A stretch of DNA of 64,000 nucleotides, taken from assembly GCA_964593805.1 (NCBI GenBank), contig CAZQHP010000001.1, positions 581,283 through 645,282 of the forward strand, written 5' to 3'. The notes under the pieces were generated by a model. That model saw nothing but the letters and a program-made list of their open reading frames with translations, was not told the origin of the DNA and ran no database searches. The DNA is from an uncultured Candidatus Saccharibacteria bacterium. GTDB lineage: Bacteria > Patescibacteriota > Saccharimonadia > Saccharimonadales > JBBQAJ01. The number at the start of each line of letters is the position of its first letter. The first letter of the stretch is position 1. Shown here in pieces: positions 1-9,020 of this stretch. Made by a program: the position numbers and the translations under genes.

Positions 1-719
1 GAGGCCGGGTCTGCGGCGCTGGTGGCCACCACAATTGTCTGCTCCATCACGCCTTCGCGCTTGAGTCGCTCTACCAAACGGGCAACTTTGCTGAGTTTCT
101 GGCCAACCGCGACGTAGATGTTAATAACACCGGTGTTTTGGCTGTGCTGGTTGATCATGGTGTCTACGGCTACGGCGGTTTTACCAGTTTGGCGGTCGCC
201 AATCAACAGTTCGCGCTGGCCGCGGCCAATCGGTACCATGGCGTCAATGGCCGTTAGGCCAGTCATGAGCGGTTCATGCACGCTTTTGCGGTCCAGTACT
301 CCTGGAGCATTGCGTTCCACGCGGCTACTAAGTTTGGATTTAATGGCGCCTTTGCCGTCCAGCGGCCGCCCTAGCGGGTCAACCACGCGGCCGACCAGTT
401 CCGGTCCTACCGGAACTTCCAGCACTTTGCCGGTCAGCTTGCAAGTAGCGCCGGCTTTCACCAGCGTGTCATCGCCTAGCAGTACGGCGCCGATTTCGTC
501 TTCGCCCAGGTTAAAGGCAAAAGCCGTCAGGGTGCTACCGTCGGTAGCCTGGATGTCTATCATTTCACTGTAGCCGGCTTTGGTAAGTCCATATATCCAG
601 ACCACGCCGTCACCGACGCGAGTAACCACGCCGACTTGTTCAATCTCCGGGCGTTTTTTCAGTTCGGCAATCGCCGCTCGTATGTCGCCAGAGAGTTCTT
701 GTATGGAGATATCTTTCAC
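1..719 (-). CDS. atpA: F1 ATP synthase alpha subunit, N-terminal ~239 codons (gene runs off window start)
   Basis: Edge-truncated, so absent from ORF track. My minus-strand translation from GTG 719-717 reads VKDISIQELSGDIRAAIAEL...VPIGRGQRELLIGDRQTGKTAVAVDTMINQ (Walker A). GTGA overlap with atpH stop. Confidence 0.9.
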   Translation of the reverse strand, partial: MKDISIQELSGDIRAAIAELKKRPEIEQVGVVTRVGDGVVWIYGLTKAGYSEMIDIQATDGSTLTAFAFNLGEDEIGAVLLGDDTLVKAGATCKLTGKVLEVPVGPELVGRVVDPLGRPLDGKGAIKSKLSSRVERNAPGVLDRKSVHEPLMTGLTAIDAMVPIGRGQRELLIGDRQTGKTAVAVDTMINQHSQNTGVINIYVAVGQKLSKVARLVERLKREGVMEQTIVVATSAADPA

Positions 720-1123
720 AACGATGTTCCTTCTGAAGTTAAGCGTTTAAAAGTGGCTAGTTTGGCGCGAGCGGTCATGTCCAGCTGTTCGTTGGCCATA
801 TCTATCCGCAGGCCTCCAATGACCGAAGCATCCAAGCGGTTAGCCACATGGACGGTTTTGGCGTTTGGATAGGCAGCCTGAAGTAATTGTTTGACCTCGC
901 CGGTAACTTGACCGGTGATTTCGTGGGCAGTTACTACTTCTGCTTCCAAGACGCCATGCTCCATACGGTACTGCATTATGTCTCGCAAGATTGATTCTAA
1001 TTCGGCAGTGCGGCGCTCGGCCAGCAGGTAAGCGGCAATCTCCCTAGCCAGCAGGGCAGGGTCTGTCACATGCAGCGTCTTTTGGGCGATAGCCTCAGCC
1101 AAAATATGACGGGGTACTTTCAT
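716..1123 (-). CDS. atpH: F1 ATP synthase delta (OSCP) subunit, short form
   Basis: 135 aa; C-terminal OSCP-like LDASVIGGLRIDMANEQLDMTARAKL; lies between atpF and atpA. Confidence 0.75.
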   Translation of the reverse strand: MKVPRHILAEAIAQKTLHVTDPALLAREIAAYLLAERRTAELESILRDIMQYRMEHGVLEAEVVTAHEITGQVTGEVKQLLQAAYPNAKTVHVANRLDASVIGGLRIDMANEQLDMTARAKLATFKRLTSEGTSL

Positions 1124-1214
1124 ACAAGCTCTCCAAATCTAGCGGTATGCAGTATGCGGTAAGCGGTAAGCAAAGAAAAACCCTGCTTGCTGCTTATTGC
1201 TTGTTGCATATTGC

Positions 1215-1757
1215 TCATTTCTGGCCTTTCAGGGCTTTATCAATCAGTTTGGCGTCTTTTTTTGAATCCACTTTTTCTTCTACGATAGCTTCAGTGGCTT
1301 CAGATACCAGCCCCACGATTTCTTTTTCTAGTTTGCGTTTGGCTTGTTCGGTTTCTTCGTTTATGCGCGCTTCGGCGTCCGACAGCATAGTGTCTACTTT
1401 GCGGGCGCCAACTTTTTCGGCGTCGCGGATGATTTCGCGGGCTTCTTTTTGGCCGTTGCCGATGATTTTGTCGGCTTCAACGCGGGCGTCGCGCATAACT
1501 TGGACAACTTCGCTGTCAAGTTTGGCGCGCTCTTTTTCCAGCTTTTGGCCCATTTTGACACCGTCGTCTATGACTTTGCGGCGCTCTTCCAGCAAGCGGA
1601 CAATCGGTTTAAAAGCAAACTTTTTGAGCAGCAAAAACACCAGCACAAAAGTAATCAGCTGGATCACGAACGCGCTCAGGCTGATGCCCAGGGCGCCAAT
1701 GCCAGAGGTGGTTTCGGCCTGCGCGGCTTCTTCAGCGGCAAATACAAATGGAATCAT
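1215..1757 (-). CDS. atpF: Fo ATP synthase subunit b
   Basis: 180 aa; one N-terminal TM helix then a long charged helix (EERRKVIDDGVKMGQKLEKERAKL...); operon position. Confidence 0.8.
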   Translation of the reverse strand: MIPFVFAAEEAAQAETTSGIGALGISLSAFVIQLITFVLVFLLLKKFAFKPIVRLLEERRKVIDDGVKMGQKLEKERAKLDSEVVQVMRDARVEADKIIGNGQKEAREIIRDAEKVGARKVDTMLSDAEARINEETEQAKRKLEKEIVGLVSEATEAIVEEKVDSKKDAKLIDKALKGQK

Positions 1758-1774
1758 GTAGGTCCGTTCTCCTT

Positions 1775-2011
1775 TTATTTAATAATGAAGAGGGAAGCAA
1801 AGACCAGCAAGGCCATCAATTCCACAATTGCTACGAATACCAAGATTTGCCCCAAAAACTTAGCGGCTTCCGGGTTGCGGCCAACGGCGTTCATGAACGC
1901 GTTGCCTATAAGCCCCACGCCAATGCCCGGGCCAATCATGCCGGCGCCCAGCATGATGCCTTTGCCGACGACTTCTACGTTACCTGATAATTCTGCCAAT
2001 ATGCTAAACAT
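1775..2011 (-). CDS. atpE: Fo ATP synthase subunit c
   Basis: 78-aa two-helix proteolipid; Gly-rich helix GAGMIGPGIGVGLIG and carboxylate helix VAIVELMALLVF. Confidence 0.9.
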   Translation of the reverse strand: MFSILAELSGNVEVVGKGIMLGAGMIGPGIGVGLIGNAFMNAVGRNPEAAKFLGQILVFVAIVELMALLVFASLFIIK

Positions 2012-2054
2012 ATTCTTTACTCCTTTGATTTACTTTTTAATAATGCGCACATAC

Positions 2055-2879
2055 CTATACTCTCATCTCCTCAGCCGCAGTTTCCAGCGCATCGGTTTCA
2101 TCGTGGCCATGCGTTACTGCCAGCGAAAGATAGGTGACGGACAACATAACAAATATATAGGCTTGCAAAAGCGCTACGCCCAGTTCCAAAAACAGGAATG
2201 GGAAAGAAGTCAGCGGCGCGGCAAATTTGCCCAAATACGAAAATACCGAAATGATGATTTCGCCAATGGCAACGTTCAAAAACAACCGGAGCGCCAGGCT
2301 GAAGACGCGGATGAGTTCGTTAAACACTTCGTAGATGCCAATCAGATAAGTCAGCGGGTTCCACAGTTTGCCGGCAAAGTAATGCCGCAGGTGTTTGATA
2401 AAGCCGGATTCGCGGATTGCAAAATACTGAATCATTGTCATAGAAATGACGGAAGCCGCCAGGGTGCCGTTCAAATCAGCCGTAAAGGCTCGGAAAACCG
2501 GTTTGCCCTCAAAGGTCAGCGCTTCGCCAACGCCCGGTAGAAGTCCCAAAATGTTGCTTATGGCAATAAAGAAAAATATGGTTACAAAATACGGAGCGTA
2601 TTTGATGGCTTTGTCTCTGTCTCCCAAGCTGTTTTCCAGCACTCCAGTTATAAAATCTGTTCCAATTTCTACAAACTGCGTGATGCCGCCCTTGGGCCGA
2701 AGCGTCATGCGACGGGCAACAACAGTTAAAACCGCAATTATTAGCAGTGAACAAACCCATGCAAAAAGCATTGAGTTAGTAATTGTGAAACCATTTACTT
2801 CAAACAATCCACCAGGTGCAATATGCACGGCTGGCCCGGCTTCTTCAGTGGCAAATCGGAATAGCTGAGTACTAAGCAT
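2055..2879 (-). CDS. atpB: Fo ATP synthase subunit a
   Basis: Polytopic membrane protein with a-subunit motif LSLALRLFLNVAIGE. ATG 2879 (MLSTQLF...) preferred; the longest ORF extends to 2921. Confidence 0.85.
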   Translation of the reverse strand: MLSTQLFRFATEEAGPAVHIAPGGLFEVNGFTITNSMLFAWVCSLLIIAVLTVVARRMTLRPKGGITQFVEIGTDFITGVLENSLGDRDKAIKYAPYFVTIFFFIAISNILGLLPGVGEALTFEGKPVFRAFTADLNGTLAASVISMTMIQYFAIRESGFIKHLRHYFAGKLWNPLTYLIGIYEVFNELIRVFSLALRLFLNVAIGEIIISVFSYLGKFAAPLTSFPFLFLELGVALLQAYIFVMLSVTYLSLAVTHGHDETDALETAAEEMRV

Positions 2880-3210
2880 GCGTGTTTTTCTCCTTTTGTA
2901 GCATGTTTGGCGCTGTATCAACTTGGTCGCGCTTGACTTGTTTTATTGTATTGGCAACTACAAATACCGCGCCGCCAACAGCCAAAACAAGCGCTACCAG
3001 CGTATAAGACGGAGTAGTTTGAAAACGGTCATCCAGCTTCACGCCAATGATGACGGGGATGATCACCATGCCGGCCAGCTGCCAGCCCATGCTCATGGCG
3101 GCAGTTATAAATTGCCTGCGGGCGGCGAGCACGGTTAAAGATCGCCCAATATCGTCTTGAGCTACAGGGGCACTAGATTTCCTCTGTACGGCTGTTTTCA
3201 CCATCTCCAT
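2872..3210 (-). CDS. AtpZ/AtpI-like small membrane protein
   Basis: 112 aa, two TM helices (MSMGWQLAGMVIIPVIIGVKLD; LVALVLAVGGAVFVVA); first gene of the atp operon. Confidence 0.55.
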   Translation of the reverse strand: MEMVKTAVQRKSSAPVAQDDIGRSLTVLAARRQFITAAMSMGWQLAGMVIIPVIIGVKLDDRFQTTPSYTLVALVLAVGGAVFVVANTIKQVKRDQVDTAPNMLQKEKNTHA

Positions 3211-3259
3211 AGATTATAGCAGTTTCAAGAGACAGCCTGCAACCCGAAACTTGAGCGTT

Positions 3260-3910
3260 CTAGTGAACCCGCAGGCCAGCCGCGGCTTTGAGGCGCTGGG
3301 ATAGGCTTGTGTCCTGGCCGCCGGAACAGGCGGCAGGGTCGCTGGTTTTATTGGCTTTATCGGCGTCGTCTGGCAATGCCTTAAAACGCGCGTCTAGTGC
3401 CGTGGCATCTTCCTTGCCGTAGTTTATAAGCAGCCTATCCGTGCTCTTTATTAAGCGGTCTTGCACGCTGCGGACGGTTTGGCCATTGAGCACAAAAACC
3501 AGCTTGTTGCCATCCTGCCCGTCGGCATAAACGCCGCCGTCCGTGACGACAACTTTGTTGCCGAGCGTATAGCCCAGATTGGTGAAAAACTGGCTCCAGG
3601 TAACCCCGGGGGCGTGTACATGGACCAAGCCGGAGTTTTGGTCATGCATGTGCGCTCGCCCGCCCGCGTCGTCCGCGTCGTGCACGTCGCAGGAGGTTAC
3701 TTCTTCATAAAACGTAAAGCTTTTGAACTCATCCCTCTGGCCGTTTACGTACAGGGCAAAATTGGCATGATAGTGCACGTCATCACTTTCAAACGTGGCA
3801 AAACGGAAGGCAAACAACACAAACGCCCCCAGCAAAAACATCGCCAACCCAAACCAGCGCAAGCGAATACTTTTAGCTTTAGTTTTTTTAGTGCTTTTAG
3901 GCTCGTCCAT
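3260..3910 (-). CDS. Hypothetical membrane-anchored His-rich protein
   Basis: 216 aa; N-terminal TM (FGLAMFLLGAFVLFAF); His clusters HYHANF, AHMHDQNSGLVHVHAP. -10-like TAGACT lies 7 nt upstream of the ATG. Confidence 0.6.
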   Translation of the reverse strand: MDEPKSTKKTKAKSIRLRWFGLAMFLLGAFVLFAFRFATFESDDVHYHANFALYVNGQRDEFKSFTFYEEVTSCDVHDADDAGGRAHMHDQNSGLVHVHAPGVTWSQFFTNLGYTLGNKVVVTDGGVYADGQDGNKLVFVLNGQTVRSVQDRLIKSTDRLLINYGKEDATALDARFKALPDDADKANKTSDPAACSGGQDTSLSQRLKAAAGLRVH

Positions 3911-3938
3911 TGCTACCAGTCTAACATGCTAAAATAGC

Positions 3939-4184
3939 ATGATGGTTACGATTTATTCGGCTGTGTGGTGCGCGTTCTGTCATGCCGCCAAAGACTATAT
4001 GGACAAACTCGGCGTCAAGTACGTAGACAAAGACGTGGAAAAAGACCCTGCCTTCATGAGAGAGTCCGTAGACAAGTCCGGCCAAATGGGCATCCCGGTT
4101 ATAGACATAAACGGCACTATCATCGTGGGCTTTAATCGCCCGGCAATTGACCAAGCCCTAAAAGCCAACAAACTTGTCGGCTAG
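3939..4184 (+). CDS. Glutaredoxin-like (NrdH/YruB-type) thioredoxin-fold protein
   Basis: 81 aa; CxxC active site WCAFC; GIPVIDINGTIIVGF motif. Start may be the second ATG at 3942 (6 nt after TAAAAT). Confidence 0.8.
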   Translation: MMVTIYSAVWCAFCHAAKDYMDKLGVKYVDKDVEKDPAFMRESVDKSGQMGIPVIDINGTIIVGFNRPAIDQALKANKLVG

Positions 4185-4187
4185 CCC

Positions 4188-4222
4188 TTGATACTTGAAC
4201 CTTGATACTTGATACTTGAACC
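4188..4222. repeat. Five tandem heptamers TTGATAC/TTGAACC
   Basis: TTGATAC TTGAACC TTGATAC TTGATAC TTGAACC fills nearly the whole gap between the grx stop (4184) and the cobO ATG (4224). Confidence 0.9.
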
Positions 4223-4223
4223 C

Positions 4224-4793
4224 ATGGTGTTTGAGGATTACAAACAAAAAGACTCCGTGGTTATTGTCTATACCGGCGAAGGCAAAGGCAAAACCAGCGC
4301 CGCCGTCGGGCTGATGGCGCGGGCGCTCGGCAACCGCTGGAACGTGGCGTTTATACAATTCATCAAGCATTGGGGCGTGGGCGAACACGTGTTTATCCGC
4401 GACATCCAGCCGCTTTTCAAAGACCAGCTGTTTTTTCACAAAGGCGGCAGGGGCTTTTACAAAGCCGGCGAACTGAGCGAACAGCACATTTCGGAACAGC
4501 AGCACCAGCAGGCCGCCGCCGAAACGTATGAAATTGCGCTGAAATGTGTGATGAGCGGGGACTACGACCTGGTCATCTGCGACGAAATCAACAACGCCCT
4601 GCATGACGGCCTGATTACGCGCAAACAGTTTGAGGAACTTTTCAAACGCCGCTCGCCCAAAACCAGCCTGTGCGTTACCGGCCGGGATTTCCCAAGGCGT
4701 CTGCTAAAATACGTAGACATAGCCACCGACATGACCAAAATCAAGCACCATTTCGACGACAAATTCCTAGCCAACAAAGGCATTGATTTCTAA
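4224..4793 (+). CDS. cobO: Cob(I)yrinic acid a,c-diamide adenosyltransferase (CobA/CobO/BtuR family)
   Basis: VIVYTGEGKGKTSAAVGLMARALG P-loop, FIQFIK, DLVICDEIN, and C-terminal TDMTKIKHHFD...GIDF. ATG 4224 preferred over the track's TTG 4209. Confidence 0.8.
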   Translation: MVFEDYKQKDSVVIVYTGEGKGKTSAAVGLMARALGNRWNVAFIQFIKHWGVGEHVFIRDIQPLFKDQLFFHKGGRGFYKAGELSEQHISEQQHQQAAAETYEIALKCVMSGDYDLVICDEINNALHDGLITRKQFEELFKRRSPKTSLCVTGRDFPRRLLKYVDIATDMTKIKHHFDDKFLANKGIDF

Positions 4794-5794
4794 TGGGTGT
4801 GGTTTTTGCGGCCGCGTCAACAGCTGGTGATCTTATCAATGTGCCGGGGTGGCACTGGGGTGTGCTGATTGGCTGGTTCGCGCTGCTTCTCATCGTGGAT
4901 ATTTTGGTTTTGCACCGCAAAGACCATTCGCCCACGCTACACGAAGCCACCGTGCAAAGTTTGGTTTGGATAGGGCTTGGCGTGGGCTTGGGACTACTGT
5001 TTTGGCCACTGTACGGCGCTAGCGCGTCGGTGCAGTATTTTAGCGGTTACCTGATTGAAAAAAGCTTGAGCATAGACAATGTGTTTGCTTGGTCAGTATT
5101 GCTGGGGTACTTCAAGATTCCCAAAAAATACCAGCACCGGGTGCTGTTTTGGGGTGTGTTTGGAGCGCTTGTCATGCGGGCAATCTTTATCTTTGCAGGA
5201 ATTGCCGTACTGGAGCGATTCGAGCCAGCGCTCATAATTTTCGGCGGCATTTTGCTGTACAGCGGCTACAAATTCTTCCGTAACCACGAGGATTTGGAGT
5301 TCGACCCTACCAAAAGCCACATGCTCAAATTCTTCCGTCGCATCATACCCGTTAGTCATCATCTCGATGGACACAAACTTTTCACGTACGAAAATGGCAA
5401 ACGGGTGGCCACCATGCTGTTTATCGCCCTGCTGGCGATTGAAATGACCGACGTTATTTTTGCCATCGACAGCGTGCCGGCTATATTGGCGATTTCGCGC
5501 GATCCTTTCATTGTTTTCTCCAGTAATGCGGCGGCTATTTTGGGACTGCGCGCACTGTACTTTGTTTTTGACAAAATCAAAGAGCGCTTTTGGCTACTCA
5601 ACAAAGCGCTGGGTCTGCTGCTGGTTGGAGTTGGCGTAAAAATGATAATCAGCCCGCACACGCTATTCGGCCGCGGTTGGCTGGGCATAGAGATTCCGAC
5701 GGGTCTGAGCCTGGGGCTTATTGCCACCACTTTGGTAGCGACGGTAATACTTTCTAGCATTTTCGACCCGCCCAAAACCACCAAAGAAGACTAA
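4793..5794 (+). CDS. TerC/Alx family integral membrane protein
   Basis: 333 aa polytopic; YFSGYLIEKSLSIDNVFAW and AIDSVPAILAISRDPFIVFSSN motifs. TAATG overlap with cobO. Confidence 0.85.
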   Translation: MGVVFAAASTAGDLINVPGWHWGVLIGWFALLLIVDILVLHRKDHSPTLHEATVQSLVWIGLGVGLGLLFWPLYGASASVQYFSGYLIEKSLSIDNVFAWSVLLGYFKIPKKYQHRVLFWGVFGALVMRAIFIFAGIAVLERFEPALIIFGGILLYSGYKFFRNHEDLEFDPTKSHMLKFFRRIIPVSHHLDGHKLFTYENGKRVATMLFIALLAIEMTDVIFAIDSVPAILAISRDPFIVFSSNAAAILGLRALYFVFDKIKERFWLLNKALGLLLVGVGVKMIISPHTLFGRGWLGIEIPTGLSLGLIATTLVATVILSSIFDPPKTTKED

Positions 5795-5845
5795 ATAGTT
5801 GCTTTTTAGTTGCTTTGTTGGACTAATATGTTGTAGTCTCTTACC

Positions 5846-7432
5846 ATGCCTCATTCTCCCATTGCTCCTATTGCTCCTGTGGATAAAGCCAAAGGGGAGC
5901 TTGCCCCTGGCGAAAGCACCGAAGCTAGATATATAGAAGATCTAGAGATAGCTGAATTTATGGCGGAGATTAGCCCAGATATTCAAATTGCGGGCGAGCA
6001 GTGGGACGCCCTGGATAATCTGGCGAGCCGGGCAACTGACCCCAATTACATTGCAGAAGTTCGCGAAGCTAAGGACCAAGCTCAAGGAGAAGAGTCCGTC
6101 AGCGACCGTCACAGCAGACGAAAACAAAACGCAGCTTCTGAACGGGCCATTAAGCGTCTTTTACACGAAACCGTTTTAAAAGCACGCCAGTGCGTAACCT
6201 GGAAAGTGTATGGTAATGCAGCACAGCAGGAATTAATCAGCCAAGAATTAGAAATGGAAAAAAATGCCATTGAAACAGCCGAGGAATCAGGCACGGTTGA
6301 TGTTCGTTTTCAAGCATCGAGCCAGCTTTTTTTTGAATATTACGGCATCTTCATGAACGCCTTGGCGGCGGAAGATACAGTGCTTATCAAGTTGGCTCAA
6401 TGGGTGAGCTACAGTAACGACCGAATTATTCACTTGCTTGAATGGATGCAAAGCGAAGACTGCGAGCAAAGAGGCGAGCATAAACCGCTGCTTGAAGCGC
6501 TATCTCGAATAATCAACGACCCGGGAATTACCCCGTTTATTACCACGATTCTAGATGAGCTGACTGATAAGCCGCATTTATTCCAACGTTCCTTTGTAGA
6601 CAAGTTTGCTAAAACCGCCGAAACGAATCATCAGGATGATCCAGATGCGTCCTGGTTCCGCTTTCTGCCTGTTGTCTTAGCGGAATCAGGTGTTGAAATT
6701 CCTGCGGATGAGCTCGCTCTGGTTTTACAAAAAATAGGCTACGGTGATCTGCCCGTTACACTACAGCGGCGAATTGCCGAGCAGCACGGCGAAGCCGTCA
6801 AAAGCACGCGCAAAGGCTATCAGACTTTTTTGCAAAAGTTTAATCATCCCGAGCGTTTTTTGGTATGGGACGCTTTCAGCCAATATGAAGACTCCGCAAA
6901 CCACAACAATAGGACGCGAAGCAGTCGGGTCAGCCCAAAAAGAACTTTGGAGTTAAGCCCGCCCGTAGAGCGTCTCCCCAACGTAACAGCCGCAGTTGTA
7001 GTATTAAAGAGTCCTGACGGCTACATTACTCAAACTATTAGGTCGGATAAAGAGGATATTGCCGATATATTGTGCGATTCAAAGATCGCGCAAGAATATT
7101 TGGATAAATACAACTCGGATTCTAGGATTAGAGAAGACTTGGTCGTGATGCTCAAGAGTATTGTTGAAAAGCCAAGAGGTCATGGCTGCAGCAAGCTCAG
7201 GCCTAAAGTTAGATTTAGCCCTTCAGAAGGCGCCCGCCGCCCAGAACCTATCTGGCATTTGGCGCCTCGTCATAGACATTTTGAAAATGGGCTGGGTCCT
7301 TTGGCCGATAAAACACGCATTTACTACATAGTTGTGTCTAACGGAGACGGTACGGAAACTATAGGGCTGCTTGATATCACCAATAAGAGCGGGCATGAAA
7401 GCCTGCAGCGCGGAGAGTTTAAGCGCACTTAG
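5846..7432 (+). CDS. Hypothetical 528-aa protein, possible RelE/ParE-like C-terminal region
   Basis: Long uninterrupted ORF with no domain I recognise. C-terminus is ...WHLAPRHRH...KTRIYYIVVSNGDGTETIGLLDITNKSGHE. Confidence 0.6.
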   Translation: MPHSPIAPIAPVDKAKGELAPGESTEARYIEDLEIAEFMAEISPDIQIAGEQWDALDNLASRATDPNYIAEVREAKDQAQGEESVSDRHSRRKQNAASERAIKRLLHETVLKARQCVTWKVYGNAAQQELISQELEMEKNAIETAEESGTVDVRFQASSQLFFEYYGIFMNALAAEDTVLIKLAQWVSYSNDRIIHLLEWMQSEDCEQRGEHKPLLEALSRIINDPGITPFITTILDELTDKPHLFQRSFVDKFAKTAETNHQDDPDASWFRFLPVVLAESGVEIPADELALVLQKIGYGDLPVTLQRRIAEQHGEAVKSTRKGYQTFLQKFNHPERFLVWDAFSQYEDSANHNNRTRSSRVSPKRTLELSPPVERLPNVTAAVVVLKSPDGYITQTIRSDKEDIADILCDSKIAQEYLDKYNSDSRIREDLVVMLKSIVEKPRGHGCSKLRPKVRFSPSEGARRPEPIWHLAPRHRHFENGLGPLADKTRIYYIVVSNGDGTETIGLLDITNKSGHESLQRGEFKRT

Positions 7433-7471
7433 CAGTCACGCGAAGCGGCAGACCTGATAGAATAAAAGCAT

Positions 7472-7978
7472 ATGTCTACACTGTACTTGATGCTTGGTTA
7501 TCCCGGGGCGGGGAAGACGACTACCGCTGAAGTTATTCATAAACTAACCGGCGCGGTGCATTTGTCTTCCGACACACTACGTACAGAAATGTTTGTGTCA
7601 CCAACGTTTGACCAAGCCGAACATGACGCGCTGTATAAAGCATTGGACGAAAAGACAGAAACGTTGCTCGGGCAGGGCAAAAGCGTTATTTACGACGCCA
7701 ATCTGAACCGTTACCAGCACCGTTTAGACAAATACGGCATCTGCCAGCGTACCGGCGCCAAACCCGTACTGGTGTGGGTTCAGACGCCAAAAGAACTTGC
7801 CAAACAGCGCGCCACGGAAACCGACCGGCTGCATTTGGTGCCCAAAAACGAAACGCTGGCTCAGATGTTTGACCGGATTGCCGGCATTATCGAAGAACCT
7901 GGCGCCAACGAGCCGCATACGGTAATTGACGGCACCAAAGTATCACCCGAATACGTGGCTAAGCATTTAGATATATGA
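7472..7978 (+). CDS. P-loop kinase (AAA_33 / zeta-toxin-like fold)
   Basis: 168 aa; Walker A LGYPGAGKTT, DANLNR segment. TAGAAT lies 8 nt upstream of the ATG. Confidence 0.7.
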   Translation: MSTLYLMLGYPGAGKTTTAEVIHKLTGAVHLSSDTLRTEMFVSPTFDQAEHDALYKALDEKTETLLGQGKSVIYDANLNRYQHRLDKYGICQRTGAKPVLVWVQTPKELAKQRATETDRLHLVPKNETLAQMFDRIAGIIEEPGANEPHTVIDGTKVSPEYVAKHLDI

Positions 7979-8550
7979 GCCGCAGGCGGGCCCAAAGGCA
8001 GATTATCAGTTTGGTCGTTACTCTGATTCTTGCGACTGCCGGCTATTACGCCAACCAGCACCCGGAACAGGCCGCGCAAGTGGCGGGCACCATACCGGCG
8101 GGGAGCTACCGGGTGGTGGACTTTTCCGACGGCGACACCATAAGCGTAGACATGAATGGCAAAACCGAACGAATCCGCATGATTGGCGTAGATACTCCTG
8201 AAACGCACGACCCGCGCAAAGCCGTGGAGTGCTTTGGCCAAGCCGCGTCTGAATTTACCAAAAACCTAATCGGAACTGGTACCGTGCGGCTAGAGGCCGA
8301 CAGCCTCAGCACCAACCGCGACCGCTACGACCGCCTGCTGCGCTACGTCTATACCTCTGACAATAAATTAGTAGAAGCCGAAATTATCAAGGAAGGTTAC
8401 GGCTTTGCCTATACAAGTTTTCCGTTCAGCAAACTAGACGAATTCCGCCGCTATGAAAAAGAAGCCAGGGAGCAAAACAAAGGCTTGTGGTCAGGCTGCC
8501 AGCCATACCTGGACAAAGATGGCTACATCCACAGCAACACTGCCCCATAA
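7975..8550 (+). CDS. Thermonuclease (staphylococcal nuclease family), membrane-anchored or secreted
   Basis: N-terminal TM; GDTISV, RMIGVDTPET, DRYDRLLRYVY, EAREQNKGLW. ATGA overlap with the kinase gene. Confidence 0.85.
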   Translation: MSRRRAQRQIISLVVTLILATAGYYANQHPEQAAQVAGTIPAGSYRVVDFSDGDTISVDMNGKTERIRMIGVDTPETHDPRKAVECFGQAASEFTKNLIGTGTVRLEADSLSTNRDRYDRLLRYVYTSDNKLVEAEIIKEGYGFAYTSFPFSKLDEFRRYEKEAREQNKGLWSGCQPYLDKDGYIHSNTAP

Positions 8551-8660
8551 CAAAGAAGCAGACTACCAAATTCACATTATTCCTCTCTGTATAAGGACGG
8601 ACCTTTTTAGGGGGATTTTTTGTGATTTGCTGGGAGCGGGGAGGATGTATACTGGGGGCT

Positions 8661-9020
8661 GTGCAAATATTTAGCAAAAAGAATCTGACTCGGGCTTTTA
8701 ACGCCATGGTTATAACGTTTGCGTTTGCGGCCATGTGCCATTTGCTGCTGGTGGCAGTCGTGGCGCTGGCCAAGCGCGACATGGGATATTTGAACCCGTT
8801 GGATTTTCTAGGCATCAGTATTTTGTTCCCGGAGTATCGCGAATCAAAAATGGTTGCGAGCATCGGCTGGGCGGCACTGTCTTTGCTATTTTTGACAATC
8901 CTATACCTAAGAGTTCACTACCATGTGTATGTGGCAATTATCCGGGAAAGCAAAGTTGGCCGGCGGCTCACAAAAACAACTAAAAATCTAAGCAAAAAAG
9001 TTCTTGAGAAAATTTCTTAG
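8661..9020 (+). CDS. Hypothetical small membrane protein
   Basis: Two or three hydrophobic helices and a basic tail. In-frame GTG 8661 is 7 nt after TATACT (8648-8653); the track starts at TTG 8622. Confidence 0.4.
   Translation: MQIFSKKNLTRAFNAMVITFAFAAMCHLLLVAVVALAKRDMGYLNPLDFLGISILFPEYRESKMVASIGWAALSLLFLTILYLRVHYHVYVAIIRESKVGRRLTKTTKNLSKKVLEKIS

Noticed and set aside
1344-2540. 398-aa plus-strand ORF across the atpF/atpE/atpB region.
   Set aside because: It is antisense to three conserved ATP synthase genes and has a low-complexity Phe/Ala/Gly-rich translation. It is a shadow ORF.
4793-4800. yybP-ykoY (Mn) riboswitch expected upstream of TerC/Alx-type genes.
   Set aside because: The TerC start overlaps the cobO stop (TAATG), so there is no leader in which a riboswitch could reside.
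5796-5816. Tandem TAGTTGCTTT x2 upstream of the 528-aa ORF.
   Set aside because: There are only two copies, in an AT-rich promoter-proximal region. That is too little to separate from chance or simple slippage.
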